Assembly: GCA_031414955.1 (NCBI GenBank)
Contig: JANOQV010000165.1
Coordinates: 1 to 52,977 of the forward strand
Source of the DNA: Pedosphaera sp.
GTDB taxonomy: Bacteria > Verrucomicrobiota > Verrucomicrobiia > Limisphaerales > SIBH01
Reading direction: 5' to 3'
Length of the DNA stretch: 52,977 nucleotides
Position numbers and translations under genes: made by a program. Each line of letters begins with the position of its first letter. The first letter of the stretch is position 1. The notes under the pieces were generated by a model, which worked only from the letters and a program-made list of their open reading frames with translations, did no database searches and was not told the origin of the DNA. Below are positions 9,910 to 19,730 of this stretch, one piece after another.

Positions 9910-11312
9910 TTCAATTTGAACTGGGAAACGATCAGCGGGGTGGCCGGGCCGATGGAACGCACGTAGACGACGTTGACGAGGCCGTCTGCCAAAGTCACCG
10001 GAACCTTCTGCCCGTTGGGTGTTTGAAGTTCCAGCCGGCGATCGGGCGGTGTGGCCAGGCGACAGTACTGAAACTCCTTGGGCAGGGTGGTCCAAGTGCG
10101 CGTGTCCGCGATGTTGACCGCGACTCCATAGGCAATCGAGCCGACCGAGGCCAGAATTCCGCCAAGATCGCCGCCGGCCTGCTGGGCCGCTTGCTTGGCC
10201 GCGTAGGAGGCTACGGCTTTGGTTACGGTTGAGATGACCGTGCGCGTGATGATGGAGGGGAGTTCGTTCTTGAAGGCGGTGCCCACGACAGAATCCATTT
10301 TGGCGATGAGGGCGGTGGACTCGGAACCATTGGTCGTCGTGACGGTCAGGGAAGGAGCGTAATCGTTTTGAAGCTCGAGCTTGGGAAAGGCCGCGCCGAC
10401 ATAACCCGGACCGATGAACACCGGCACGTCGATCCGGATCTGCCCTCGGATCGGAGCGCGGCCAGTCTCGAAGATGACATAGGTAGTCGGGGTCATGGGC
10501 CGACCTTGGACGAGGCTTTCCGTTGTTTCCAGATCGAGCTTCAAGAATTTGTTGTCCGCACTGAAGCTGATGGAGCGGTTGAAAGAATTACGCGCACGAT
10601 CGAGGTCTTCGTTGCCGGAACTCATGTTCATGTACAACAGTCCGTCCATGAAAACAGTGAACGGATTCACGTAGTCGCTGTAGGTCTGCATCGAATCAAG
10701 ATCCCCAAAATTCGTGGCATACTGGCTCTTGAACTTCTCGTCATTCTCGGCCTGCTCCACCTTGTCCTTCTCCTTGCTGTTCTCCTTTTCCTGCTGCGCC
10801 TTCTCGATGCGGCGCTTGTTCTCCTCCACGGCATCCTGCTGCCGCTGGTAGGCGCGGATGATTTCCGTGCGGGCCTCTTCCTTCTGGCCCAGGGCCAGAT
10901 AGTCGAGCGCCTTGTAGGTGTTCATCATGATGTTGTCGTAGTCGCGCCCCTTGTACTCCGCCTGGGCCTGGTTGGAGAACGTCTTGCCGGCTTCTCCGGA
11001 GAGGCTGGTCTTGGCGGCCTCGGCGTATCGGTTGATTCGTTCCTCGGCGACGCTGAAGCTCTTGAGGCTCTCCTCGTACTTCCCCACTGCGCGCAAGACC
11101 GTGGCTTGTTCGAGGTAGTTGATCACGCCATCGCGCTGCACATGGCTGGAAAGCTTGGCGGTGGCCTTCTGCTCCGCCCCGGCCAGATCACCGGCCTGCC
11201 AGTGTTTCAGGACGACATTGCCAGCCTGGTAGGTCTGGCAACCGGTCAGGGTCGATACGGCGGCGAGCGCGAGGAGGAGCGGCCCTGCGGCGCGTTTAAT
11301 TTTGTGGATCAT
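9906..11312 (-). CDS. COG3014-like TPR/helical lipoprotein
   Basis: Lipobox LTGC; YKGRDYDNIMMNTYKALDYL, YVNPF and ADTRTWTTLP; context next to YcfL and LpoB. Confidence 0.75.
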   Translation of the reverse strand: MIHKIKRAAGPLLLALAAVSTLTGCQTYQAGNVVLKHWQAGDLAGAEQKATAKLSSHVQRDGVINYLEQATVLRAVGKYEESLKSFSVAEERINRYAEAAKTSLSGEAGKTFSNQAQAEYKGRDYDNIMMNTYKALDYLALGQKEEARTEIIRAYQRQQDAVEENKRRIEKAQQEKENSKEKDKVEQAENDEKFKSQYATNFGDLDSMQTYSDYVNPFTVFMDGLLYMNMSSGNEDLDRARNSFNRSISFSADNKFLKLDLETTESLVQGRPMTPTTYVIFETGRAPIRGQIRIDVPVFIGPGYVGAAFPKLELQNDYAPSLTVTTTNGSESTALIAKMDSVVGTAFKNELPSIITRTVISTVTKAVASYAAKQAAQQAGGDLGGILASVGSIAYGVAVNIADTRTWTTLPKEFQYCRLATPPDRRLELQTPNGQKVPVTLADGLVNVVYVRSIGPATPLIVSQFKLK

Positions 11313-11372
11313 GTGCCGCCTGTTGATTTGGTGTTTCCCTGCTGGTTGCGGCCCGGTTTTTGGGCCGCAGGT

Positions 11373-12257
11373 TCAAGGGCGGTTGAGGACTGCCCCGACG
11401 ACGATCCCTGTGCCCTCGACAACATCGCCTTGGGAATAAGTCGCCTCGACGCTGGTGATCTTCACCTTTCCGAGCAGCGCACCCTTGCGTTTAATCTCCG
11501 CGCCGCTATCCGGATCTTTGATGGTTTTGGTCGGGCCGTAGGCCAGCCAGACTTCGCCGACTTTGATCGGCATACCATCGCCTCGATTGATCGTCACCAA
11601 CTTGTCCTCCTTGTCGATGATCTTGGCTGGGAAAATCACATCCACCGTGCGCGCCGCGATTTTCTCCGCCAATTCTTTCGCCAGGGCAGGCATCGCCTCA
11701 TCGTTGCGCTTGGCGTCCGTCTTGAGACCTGGTTCGACGATGCTCGGGTCCACCTTTTCCAACGGAATGTTGGGCGCGTCCAATATCTCGCCGGTAGCGC
11801 AATCGTAAATTTTGGCCTGCGCGGAAATCTGCAGCCGGCGTTTGATGCCTTTGCGGCCTGTGCCCGGAAACTCCATCTCTTCATTCGCATCGAGAAAGTG
11901 ATCCACCGAGGTCACGACGGCATATTTGAGCCCCTTGATTTTTCCGCTCGCCGCCGCCGTGGCCAGATCGACGTTGCCGGAATCACCCAACCCCTGCTCC
12001 CGAAGCAGCTTCGAAAGGTCGCTGCGGGCGATCACGCTGTACTTCCGAATTCCAGTAAAGGCGCTAATGAGATGCCCATCCATGCCTTCCAGCACGCGGC
12101 GCATCTCGATGGACTTGCCCTGACGGGCGAGATCCTCTTTCAGAGCCGGGGTCGCTTCGACTGCGGCGATGCCCAGGGTTTCTTTTTGAGCCTGCGCTGG
12201 GAACGTGGCGAGCGCAAAAAGCGCTGCGGCGATGGCGAGAGAGAAGGGAGATTTCAT
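11373..12257 (-). CDS. CsgG/HfaB-like protein with FlgT-C-like beta tail
   Basis: Signal peptide; YSVIARSDLSKLLREQGLGDSG...AAASGKIKG (CsgG-like); C-terminal VTINRG...DPDSG...GKVKITSV. Confidence 0.75.
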   Translation of the reverse strand: MKSPFSLAIAAALFALATFPAQAQKETLGIAAVEATPALKEDLARQGKSIEMRRVLEGMDGHLISAFTGIRKYSVIARSDLSKLLREQGLGDSGNVDLATAAASGKIKGLKYAVVTSVDHFLDANEEMEFPGTGRKGIKRRLQISAQAKIYDCATGEILDAPNIPLEKVDPSIVEPGLKTDAKRNDEAMPALAKELAEKIAARTVDVIFPAKIIDKEDKLVTINRGDGMPIKVGEVWLAYGPTKTIKDPDSGAEIKRKGALLGKVKITSVEATYSQGDVVEGTGIVVGAVLNRP

Positions 12258-12263
12258 GGTGTG

Positions 12264-13415
12264 CTAATCGACGGAGTAGATGCTCTTGGTGACTTTGATG
12301 TCGGGGGCTTGGGTGGTGTTGACGCGGTAATCGAAGACGTAGTGGCTGTTCTTGAAGTAGGTCGCGATCCCGCGGATTCGTTCCGCTTCCGCGTCCGTCA
12401 TCTTGCGGCTGGTATCCAAGCGGTTGAGGAACTGGCGAATGTCTTTCCAACGTGCCAAGCCCTCCGTGCTCATCTGCATTCCGGGACTGAGCGCAAGACC
12501 CTCCACGGCGTTGATGGTCAGCTCAACCGGTTCAAATCCCACCCGGCTCAAACGCAGCTTGTGCGGACCAGGCGCTACTTTCAGTTGGGCCGGAGTCGTC
12601 CCGCTGCCGAAACCATCGATCTCGATGGTCGCGCTGACCATCATTGGCAGTGTTCCGCCGCCGGCGACCTTCCCGTCGTCGCCGACCCGAAGGTCAGGCA
12701 GGCTGATCTCCTGCCCCTGGAGATCCTTCGCCGTGGCTGCAATCGAGAGGGTGACGTTCGCACCGCGCGCCTCCAGCGGCGGCAGTTCCTTGCCGGCCAT
12801 GCTCTTGGCCATCTTGTTCGCCGCATCGTCGAACAGTTCGTTCAGCAGATCCGTGTTCTCCGTCTGCAACGTCTCGGTCTGGCGAACTGACTTTGCCGAG
12901 ATGAACGACTCTCCCACCAGGGTTCCACCCGTCACTCCATCAAGTAGTTTGTAGCTGGTCCGCAGGGTGAACACCGTGAGCACCGTGTTCACGCCGAGGC
13001 TCGGGTCGTTGAATTTTTTTGTCTCCTTGCCGAAGGAATTCACCGTGGCGATCAGCAGTGCATCCGCGCCCATGTTCTGCGCCAGGCGCACCGCCGATGA
13101 ATTATCGCTCAACAGCCGGTCGGCCTTTGTCCCCAGGGTGTTTCGGTCGGCCGGGCCAGCTTGAACGGCCGGGTACACCTTGACCGCGTTGAGCACGTCG
13201 CCCCTGCTGATGAATGAGAGTGCTTGGCCGGCCGCACGACTGGCGATCAGATCTTCAAACGCCGGCAGCTTCTCATTCAATTCTGCGCCCCCGCTGTTCT
13301 GGACGAACAGGGCTGTCTTTCGGGCGGATGGAGCCTTGGCTTTCTCCTCCGCAGCCGGCAGCGCGTCAAGCCCGAGCGCCAGGATGCAGGCGGCGGTGAA
13401 AATAGTATTTCTCAT
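12264..13415 (-). CDS. exported PEGA-domain protein
   Basis: Signal peptide; ATIEIDGFGSGTTP...VAPGPHKLRLSRVGF (PEGA); N-terminal LAQNMGADALLIATV (CsgG/LpoB-like fold). Confidence 0.7.
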   Translation of the reverse strand: MRNTIFTAACILALGLDALPAAEEKAKAPSARKTALFVQNSGGAELNEKLPAFEDLIASRAAGQALSFISRGDVLNAVKVYPAVQAGPADRNTLGTKADRLLSDNSSAVRLAQNMGADALLIATVNSFGKETKKFNDPSLGVNTVLTVFTLRTSYKLLDGVTGGTLVGESFISAKSVRQTETLQTENTDLLNELFDDAANKMAKSMAGKELPPLEARGANVTLSIAATAKDLQGQEISLPDLRVGDDGKVAGGGTLPMMVSATIEIDGFGSGTTPAQLKVAPGPHKLRLSRVGFEPVELTINAVEGLALSPGMQMSTEGLARWKDIRQFLNRLDTSRKMTDAEAERIRGIATYFKNSHYVFDYRVNTTQAPDIKVTKSIYSVD

Positions 13416-13454
13416 AGAATCTGGAGCCTTGGAAGAGCGGTCAGGTTTTGGGAA

Positions 13455-13772
13455 TTATTTGCCGTTCTCGTTGACCACGATGTCTTCGGGAACCTGGATC
13501 GTGCGGCCGTCCGCAGTCACCACGGTCTTCCAGCGGCGCACCACGGTGGTCTTGTTGTCGAACGGCTTCTTCGCTCCCGCCACCACGCCTTCGCCGACCC
13601 CCACCACTCCCCCCGCCACATTCCCTCCCACCACTCCGACGGCACCGCCGATCGCGCGACCCGCCACCGGCCCGGGTTGAGTGGTGCTGGTGACCCCGAG
13701 GCGATTGGGATCGGAACAACCGAGAAGAAAAAGTGAGAACAAGGCCGCCGCAGAAGAAAAATTCTGTTTCAT
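13455..13772 (-). CDS. small glycine-zipper lipoprotein
   Basis: Lipobox LLGC; GRAIGGAVGVVGGNVAGGVVGVG; first gene of the operon; start ATG 13772. Confidence 0.7.
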   Translation of the reverse strand: MKQNFSSAAALFSLFLLGCSDPNRLGVTSTTQPGPVAGRAIGGAVGVVGGNVAGGVVGVGEGVVAGAKKPFDNKTTVVRRWKTVVTADGRTIQVPEDIVVNENGK

Positions 13773-13886
13773 GGTGTCTTGTTTTGATTTGCCGTCACCC
13801 CGCACGAACCGAAGTGCTTGGGTATTAAATCCAATGATTGGTCTAGGCAACACAAATCACCGTCCGAGAACCCCTGGCTCCAGATG

Positions 13887-13921
13887 AAAATAAAAGCGCG
13901 CGCAGGATGGCCTGCGCGCGC
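13887..13921 (-). terminator. rho-independent terminator after pilC
   Basis: Minus strand GCGCGCGCAGG-CCAT-CCTGCGCGCGC-TTTTATTTT. Confidence 0.8.
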
Positions 13922-13946
13922 CGAAGTTATAGGCGTCGAGCGCCGC

Positions 13947-15158
13947 TTAATGCTGCGGGTTGACGAGTTCTGACAGCTTGAAGATCGGGAGGAACATGCA
14001 AATGGCAATGCCGCCGACCGTGATGCCTAGGAACACGATCAGCAACGGCTCGATCAGGGAGGTCAGGCCGTTGAGCGTGGTCTCGATTTCTTCGTCCAGG
14101 AAGTCCGAAATGCGCTCCAGCATGCCTTCGAGCTTACCCGTCTGTTCGCCGGCGGTGACCATGCGGATGATCATGGGCGGGAAAACGGGATGTTTGCCCA
14201 GCGCGGCCGCGATGCCCTCACCCTTCTCGATGTCACTGGCCGAGGCGCGAATGGCCTTCTCCATGATGACATTGCCCACCGTGTTGCAGACGATGCTCAA
14301 CACTTCCAGAATCGGCACGCCGGAACGAATCAGCGAGGCCAGGGTGCGGGTGAAACGGGCCAGGCAGATCTTGTGCGCGATCTGTCCGAAGATGGGCAGC
14401 TTGATGCGCAGGCCATCCCAGAACTCGCGGCCCTTCTTGGTCTTGATGTAGGCAAACCAGCCGTAAACCGCCGCGCCCCCCGCCGCCAGGAGATAGAGCA
14501 GGTAAGCCTGCACGAACTCGCTGAAGTTGATGAGCATCTGGGTCGGAGCGGGAAGCTTGGAGCCGAAGCCCTTGTACACATCGCCGAACACCGGCACGAC
14601 CTTGACCAGCAGGAAGATGGTGATGCCGATGGCCACCACCGTCACCACGGTCGGATACATGCAGGCCGACTTCACTTTCCGGCGCAGGCGGGCGGTGTTT
14701 TCGAGGTAGGTCGCCAGACGGGCCAGAATTTCCGCGAGCAAACCGCCGCGCTCACCTGCCGAGACCATGCAGACGAAGAGACGGTTGAAAACTTTCGGGT
14801 GCTTGGCCAGCGCCTCCGAGAAACTGTCGCCGCCCTCGACCCGCGAACAGACATCCTTGATCACGTCCTTCATCACCTTGTTCGTGGTCTGTTCGGCCAG
14901 CGCCTGGAGCGATTGCACCATGGCCAGACCGGCGTCCACCATGGTGGCGAGCTGGCGGGTGAACACCACCAGATCGCTCAGGGCGACGGTGCCCCCGGCG
15001 GCCTTGCCCCGCCGCGCCATCTTTTCCTGGATGGAAATGACGAGCATGTTGCGGTTGAGCAGGGTCGCAATGGCGGTCTGTTCGTTCAAGGCGTCCAGCG
15101 TGCTGCGAATCTCGCGACCGCTGCTGGCCTCGCGGGCCACGTAAGCAAATGACGGCAT
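13947..15158 (-). CDS. pilC: type IV pilus / T2SS F-family inner membrane platform protein
   Basis: FTRQLATMVDAG, AGERGG, ARFTRTLASLIRSGVP, GEQTG and LIEP motifs. Confidence 0.92.
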   Translation of the reverse strand: MPSFAYVAREASSGREIRSTLDALNEQTAIATLLNRNMLVISIQEKMARRGKAAGGTVALSDLVVFTRQLATMVDAGLAMVQSLQALAEQTTNKVMKDVIKDVCSRVEGGDSFSEALAKHPKVFNRLFVCMVSAGERGGLLAEILARLATYLENTARLRRKVKSACMYPTVVTVVAIGITIFLLVKVVPVFGDVYKGFGSKLPAPTQMLINFSEFVQAYLLYLLAAGGAAVYGWFAYIKTKKGREFWDGLRIKLPIFGQIAHKICLARFTRTLASLIRSGVPILEVLSIVCNTVGNVIMEKAIRASASDIEKGEGIAAALGKHPVFPPMIIRMVTAGEQTGKLEGMLERISDFLDEEIETTLNGLTSLIEPLLIVFLGITVGGIAICMFLPIFKLSELVNPQH

Positions 15159-15380
15159 AATCTGTATTTAAGCGTTGTCTTCTGAGCGGGGGCCGGTCTG
15201 ATTCCGACTCCTCGCTTCAACCCCATCGGCACAACCTGGCAGAATCTTCAGTGCGATTCTTGACGGGACCAGGCTGGAGGAATGTCAGCCCGGTCGGGAG
15301 CGTTTTTCCGACTCATCAGCCGCATCGAGCAAAGGATTTTGGAGTGGACGACTCCGCGCCGGAGGCTTTCAGTCAGCCGC

Positions 15381-16298
15381 ATGAATCTTCCTTCGACGAT
15401 CGCCTTGGTGGGCGGCCTCACCCTGTTCTGCTCCATGCTCCGGGCTGCGGAACTGCCCGTCTTTCCGCTCTGGCCCGGTCTCGCCCCTGGCGAGAGCAAC
15501 AAGCTGGGCGAAGAGAAAGACCTGACCAAGCCCACCGATGGCAAGATTGCCGACCGCGCCGTCATCCGGCTTGGCAACGTCTCCACACCCACCCTCACGA
15601 TGTATCGCGCGCCCCAGGACAAGGACAGCGGCGCGGCCGTGGTCGTGTTCCCCGGCGGCGGCTACAACATCCTCGCCCTGGACCTGGAAGGAACGGAGGT
15701 CTGCGAATGGCTCAATTCGATTGGCGTCCACGCCGTGCTGCTCAAGTACCGCGTGCCCAAGCGTGCCGGCTTGGAGAAACACACCGCCGCGCTTCAGGAC
15801 GCTCAACGCGCCGTTGGCTTGGTCCGTTCCCGTGCGAAAGAATTCGGCCTTGATCCCCAACGCATCGGCGTGCTCGGTTTCTCGGCGGGCGGACACCTCG
15901 CGGCGGCTCTTTCCGCCAGTGCGCCGCAACGCACCTATCCCGGCGTCGATGACGCAGACCAGACCAGTTGCCGCCCGGATTTCTCCATCCTGATTTACCC
16001 GGCCTACCTCACGCTCAAAGACCAGGGCGACAAAATCAATCCCGAGACCGCCGTGAACAGCAACACCCCGCCGACCTTCATCGCCATGACGCAGGATGAT
16101 CCGGTGCGCGTGGAGACGGGCTTGTTCTACTCGGTGGCGTTGAAGCAATCCGGCGTACCCTTTGAACTGCACATCTATCCCAAAGGCGGCCACGGCTATG
16201 GACTGCGCCGCACGGAGAATCCGGTCACCGCCTGGTCGGATCGCGCGGCGGAGTGGATGAAGGCGCGCGGCGTTTTGAAAAAACCGGCGTCGAACTAG
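15381..16298 (+). CDS. secreted alpha/beta hydrolase (esterase, BD-FAE/xylan esterase-like)
   Basis: Signal peptide from ATG 15381; FPGGGY, GFSAGGHL, RPDF and GGHGYG. Confidence 0.85.
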   Translation: MNLPSTIALVGGLTLFCSMLRAAELPVFPLWPGLAPGESNKLGEEKDLTKPTDGKIADRAVIRLGNVSTPTLTMYRAPQDKDSGAAVVVFPGGGYNILALDLEGTEVCEWLNSIGVHAVLLKYRVPKRAGLEKHTAALQDAQRAVGLVRSRAKEFGLDPQRIGVLGFSAGGHLAAALSASAPQRTYPGVDDADQTSCRPDFSILIYPAYLTLKDQGDKINPETAVNSNTPPTFIAMTQDDPVRVETGLFYSVALKQSGVPFELHIYPKGGHGYGLRRTENPVTAWSDRAAEWMKARGVLKKPASN

Positions 16299-17059
16299 CC
16301 GTTTTTCCGCGCCACGAGAAAGGAGTTGAACATCAGGTAGCGCCACGGGCCGAGGTTAAGCAGTAACTCCACCGGCTTCGCCACGTAACGGTCGGTGCAG
16401 GCCACGCTCAACACTTTGCACCCGGCACGTTCGAGAAAGAACTCCATCTCAGCCGCGTTGGTGGCCACGATGGCGTCGTCGTCGGGCGTGAACGGCTCCT
16501 TCACGATGGGCGTCATGCGGTCGAAGCGCACCGCGTCCGGCGTGGCGCGCATCTGGGCGCGCTTCGCGCGCAGACGTTTCCAGTTGGCCAGCTTGTGGCC
16601 GACGCCGCGCATCTTCGGGTGATAATCGCGGAAGCCAAACACGCGGAAAAAATTCGGGCTGGAGAGCACGACCTTGCCGCCCGGTTCGACCACGCGCACG
16701 AGTTCGCGGATGAAGGCCTCGGGTTCATCGACGTGTTCGAGTACGTTCAATGCGCCGGCGCTGGCGAAGTGATTGTCGGGGAAGGGAAGCTGCTTCCCAT
16801 CATAAAGCTGGCAGCGCTCGGAGACTTTTTTGGCGCGTTCGATGTTGGGCTGCGAGACATCGACACCGTGAGCCTCGAACTGCGCGGTCATCAACCGCCC
16901 CACGACCTGGCCGACGCCGCAACCGACGTCGAGCGCGCGGGCACCGGGCCGGGCTGGCCTCAACTGGTCGGCGTACTTGGCGTAGAGGTTCGCATCCCAC
17001 GCCGCAAGATGCTCGGCGTAGGCTTCGTTGTTTTTGTAGTAAGAATCCTGGTGGCCCAC
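16295..17059 (-). CDS. class I SAM-dependent methyltransferase
   Basis: ALDVGCGVG, LPFPDNHF, NVLEHVDEP and PGGKVVLSSPN. Confidence 0.9.
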   Translation of the reverse strand: MGHQDSYYKNNEAYAEHLAAWDANLYAKYADQLRPARPGARALDVGCGVGQVVGRLMTAQFEAHGVDVSQPNIERAKKVSERCQLYDGKQLPFPDNHFASAGALNVLEHVDEPEAFIRELVRVVEPGGKVVLSSPNFFRVFGFRDYHPKMRGVGHKLANWKRLRAKRAQMRATPDAVRFDRMTPIVKEPFTPDDDAIVATNAAEMEFFLERAGCKVLSVACTDRYVAKPVELLLNLGPWRYLMFNSFLVARKNG

Positions 17060-17074
17060 GGCGGGAGTTGGAAG

Positions 17075-19708
17075 TTACGAGTTCCGGGTTCCAGGTTTCG
17101 AGCTGGCGACCTGCTTCCGTTTCGCGCTCCAGACCACGAAGCCGAGGATGGCCAGGCCGGCGAGATCACAGCCGAGCACAAGGTAGAATCCGCTGGCCTT
17201 CATCTCGTACTTGAACACCACGTTGTGCTTGCCGGCCGGAACGTGAACGCCGCGCATCAGGTAATTGGCCCGCAGCACGGCCGCGGCCTGGCCGTCGATG
17301 TAGGCGTGCCACTCGGGTTCGATCTTGTCGTTGAGCAGCAGCAGCGCAGGAGTGGTGCTGGTCGTTTCGATCTCCATCAGCTTGGTCGTCGGGTTGCGCA
17401 GAATCACGGCCGTGCCGGGCGCGGCGTTGGTCGCGGTGGGTTTGGGCGCGTCCTGCGAGAGGAGCACGCTCTGCGCGGGGTTCCACGCCGGATCACCGAG
17501 GCGCGCGAGCAACGCCTTCTCTTCGGTGATGACTTCCCAGTCGCTGTAGAGCTTCGCCCGGGGCAGAGCGCCGCCGAACTCGATGAGCGCGACGGGACCA
17601 GTGGTGTTCGTCTCGGTGACGATGTAAGGGCTGCCCGGTTTGCGGAAGATGGTGAAAGCCGTGTGCTGGCGGAAACTTTTTCCCACCGGGTCCACGTCGC
17701 GGTTCAGCATGTCGGTGAACGGTCCGCCCGCCATGCCCAGCACGTAGCGCGTGTTGGTGAGCTGCCAGAGCCGTCCGATGTTCTTGGCCAGCGCAGTGCG
17801 GTAGGCCTGCTTGTCGGCGGGCAGGCGCGGCTCTTGCGGGATGTCGATGGATTGGATGCCGTAGTAAGGGAATTGCCGCTGAATCCACTCGCCTTGATAC
17901 AGGCTTTGCAGTTGTTCAGCGCCCACCGTGACGCGGTGCTCATGCGGCTTGTCGCGCAGCACGTCGAAGACACCGTTGGAGGCGTATTGCTCCTTCCAGT
18001 TGTCGTAGCGAATCCACGGCATGTTCGCGCGCGACAAATCAACGACGAGAATGGTGCCCAGCAGGAAGGCCGCCCAGTTCGCGCGCGCGCCGGCGAACGC
18101 GCCGCTGATGATCAGCGTCACCACCAGCACACACACCGCGAGTGTGATGACGAACAGCAGCACTTCGCGGATGCTGAAGCTGGCGATGCTGGCGGCGAGC
18201 TGCTGGTCGTTGAACCCCCACTCCATGAGATGCTTCACCACCGAACTCTTGGAACCCAGGTAGCCAAACCAACCAACCGCGCTCAAGGCGACGGCGGCGA
18301 TGCAGCCCCCCGTCCAGAGCTTCTCGTGCGCCGGCCCTTTGGCCCACCACGCCTGGAGTTGACCGAGGATGGACAGACCCTTGCCCGGCACTTCGAGATA
18401 ACGGCGGTTCAGGCCGATCAGTCCGTAGGCGAAGAGCACCATCAGGCACAGGTCGAACACATGGAACAGCTTCATCGGATTGCGGATGGTCGAGAAGTAG
18501 GGCAGCGCGTAAACCAGCCGGTAGAACGGCGCGTGCCGTCCCCAGCCCAACAGCATGGCGACCAACGCCGCCCCGGCCCAGAACCAGATAATCTTCCGCT
18601 CGGTGTCCGTGAAAATCTGTCCCTTGCGCCGCAACGCCTCGACGATGGCCCAAAGACCGATCAGCACCACCAACACGCCGGCATATTCACCCGCGCCGGA
18701 GGAGCGGGATTGGTTGGCGACGATATTTGCCACCTGTTCGCGCACTTGCGGGTCCGGATCATTGGCGCGCTTTTGAATCTCCACCACGGCGGGGTTCTGT
18801 CCCACGCTGCCCCAGTACGATTGCTCGGGTGACTTCGCATACGGCAGCATGTGATAGCCAAACACACCGGGAATGATCACTCGCAATGTCTCCAGCTTGG
18901 GCAGGCTCCACATGGTGTTACCGTCCCACTTCTGTTCCTTGGTCAGATTGTCCTGCCCCGTGCCGACCACGCCCGTGACGGCGGTGCGGGCAAAGACGCC
19001 GAGAATCTGGCTGGCCATGATGCCGGCGCACACGGCCATCACGGCCACCTTGCCCACGCCCCAGGCCAGCGCCTTGCTGCGGGACGGAGTGGAAATCACG
19101 GTGCGCCAGAAAGCGTAGGCGGCGATGAAAACGCAGAAGAAGGCGCCATTGTCGCCGCCCTCGGTGACGGACATGCCAAGGGCCAGGCCGGCGAGAATGC
19201 TGGTCAGCACCGGTTGCACCACGAACCCGGTCTCGATGGCCGCCAGCGCGAGAAAGGCCGCGCCGAGCGACAGGCTGCGCGTGCCCAGCCCCCAGGCGGC
19301 GTTGGAGAAGAAATTCATGTTCAGGGCGGCGGCGAGGGCGGCGAGGATCGAGACGCGTGAATTGCCTCCGATGCTGCGGAAGAAAATCCAGGCGCAGACG
19401 CCAAGGATGAGAACGGCCGTGGGGCAGTAAAAGTTCACGCGCGCGACGCCTTGATAGACCCAGTGGATGAGACCGCTGAAATTCGGCGCAAGGTTTCCGT
19501 TGTAGGCTCCGATCCAGAAGTTGTCGTTCCAGATGCCGAAGAACGCCCCCGGCATGTCGATGGGGCGCGAGAGGATCGCGCCGAGCGGGCCGTCGTTCGA
19601 GAACAGTGCCTGGCCCGGCACGAAGCTCCGGTGGAAAAGGAAACAAAGCGTCGCGCCCAGGAAGACGACCAGCAGCAGCAGGCTTTTGAGGCCGGGTTTT
19701 CGGTTCAT
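17075..19708 (-). CDS. YfhO-like polytopic membrane protein (putative GT-C glycosyltransferase)
   Basis: Many TM segments; C-terminal LLLNDKIEPEWHAYIDG...RANYLMRGVHVPAGKHNVVFKY typical of YfhO. Confidence 0.8.
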   Translation of the reverse strand: MNRKPGLKSLLLLVVFLGATLCFLFHRSFVPGQALFSNDGPLGAILSRPIDMPGAFFGIWNDNFWIGAYNGNLAPNFSGLIHWVYQGVARVNFYCPTAVLILGVCAWIFFRSIGGNSRVSILAALAAALNMNFFSNAAWGLGTRSLSLGAAFLALAAIETGFVVQPVLTSILAGLALGMSVTEGGDNGAFFCVFIAAYAFWRTVISTPSRSKALAWGVGKVAVMAVCAGIMASQILGVFARTAVTGVVGTGQDNLTKEQKWDGNTMWSLPKLETLRVIIPGVFGYHMLPYAKSPEQSYWGSVGQNPAVVEIQKRANDPDPQVREQVANIVANQSRSSGAGEYAGVLVVLIGLWAIVEALRRKGQIFTDTERKIIWFWAGAALVAMLLGWGRHAPFYRLVYALPYFSTIRNPMKLFHVFDLCLMVLFAYGLIGLNRRYLEVPGKGLSILGQLQAWWAKGPAHEKLWTGGCIAAVALSAVGWFGYLGSKSSVVKHLMEWGFNDQQLAASIASFSIREVLLFVITLAVCVLVVTLIISGAFAGARANWAAFLLGTILVVDLSRANMPWIRYDNWKEQYASNGVFDVLRDKPHEHRVTVGAEQLQSLYQGEWIQRQFPYYGIQSIDIPQEPRLPADKQAYRTALAKNIGRLWQLTNTRYVLGMAGGPFTDMLNRDVDPVGKSFRQHTAFTIFRKPGSPYIVTETNTTGPVALIEFGGALPRAKLYSDWEVITEEKALLARLGDPAWNPAQSVLLSQDAPKPTATNAAPGTAVILRNPTTKLMEIETTSTTPALLLLNDKIEPEWHAYIDGQAAAVLRANYLMRGVHVPAGKHNVVFKYEMKASGFYLVLGCDLAGLAILGFVVWSAKRKQVASSKPGTRNS

Positions 19709-19730
19709 AAATTGGCAGGCATGGTTTCGC

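Noticed and set aside
13947..15158. pilC as part of a secretion system with the downstream lipoprotein operon
   Set aside because: A strong terminator (13887-13921) separates them, and no ATPase, pilin or secretin genes are present.
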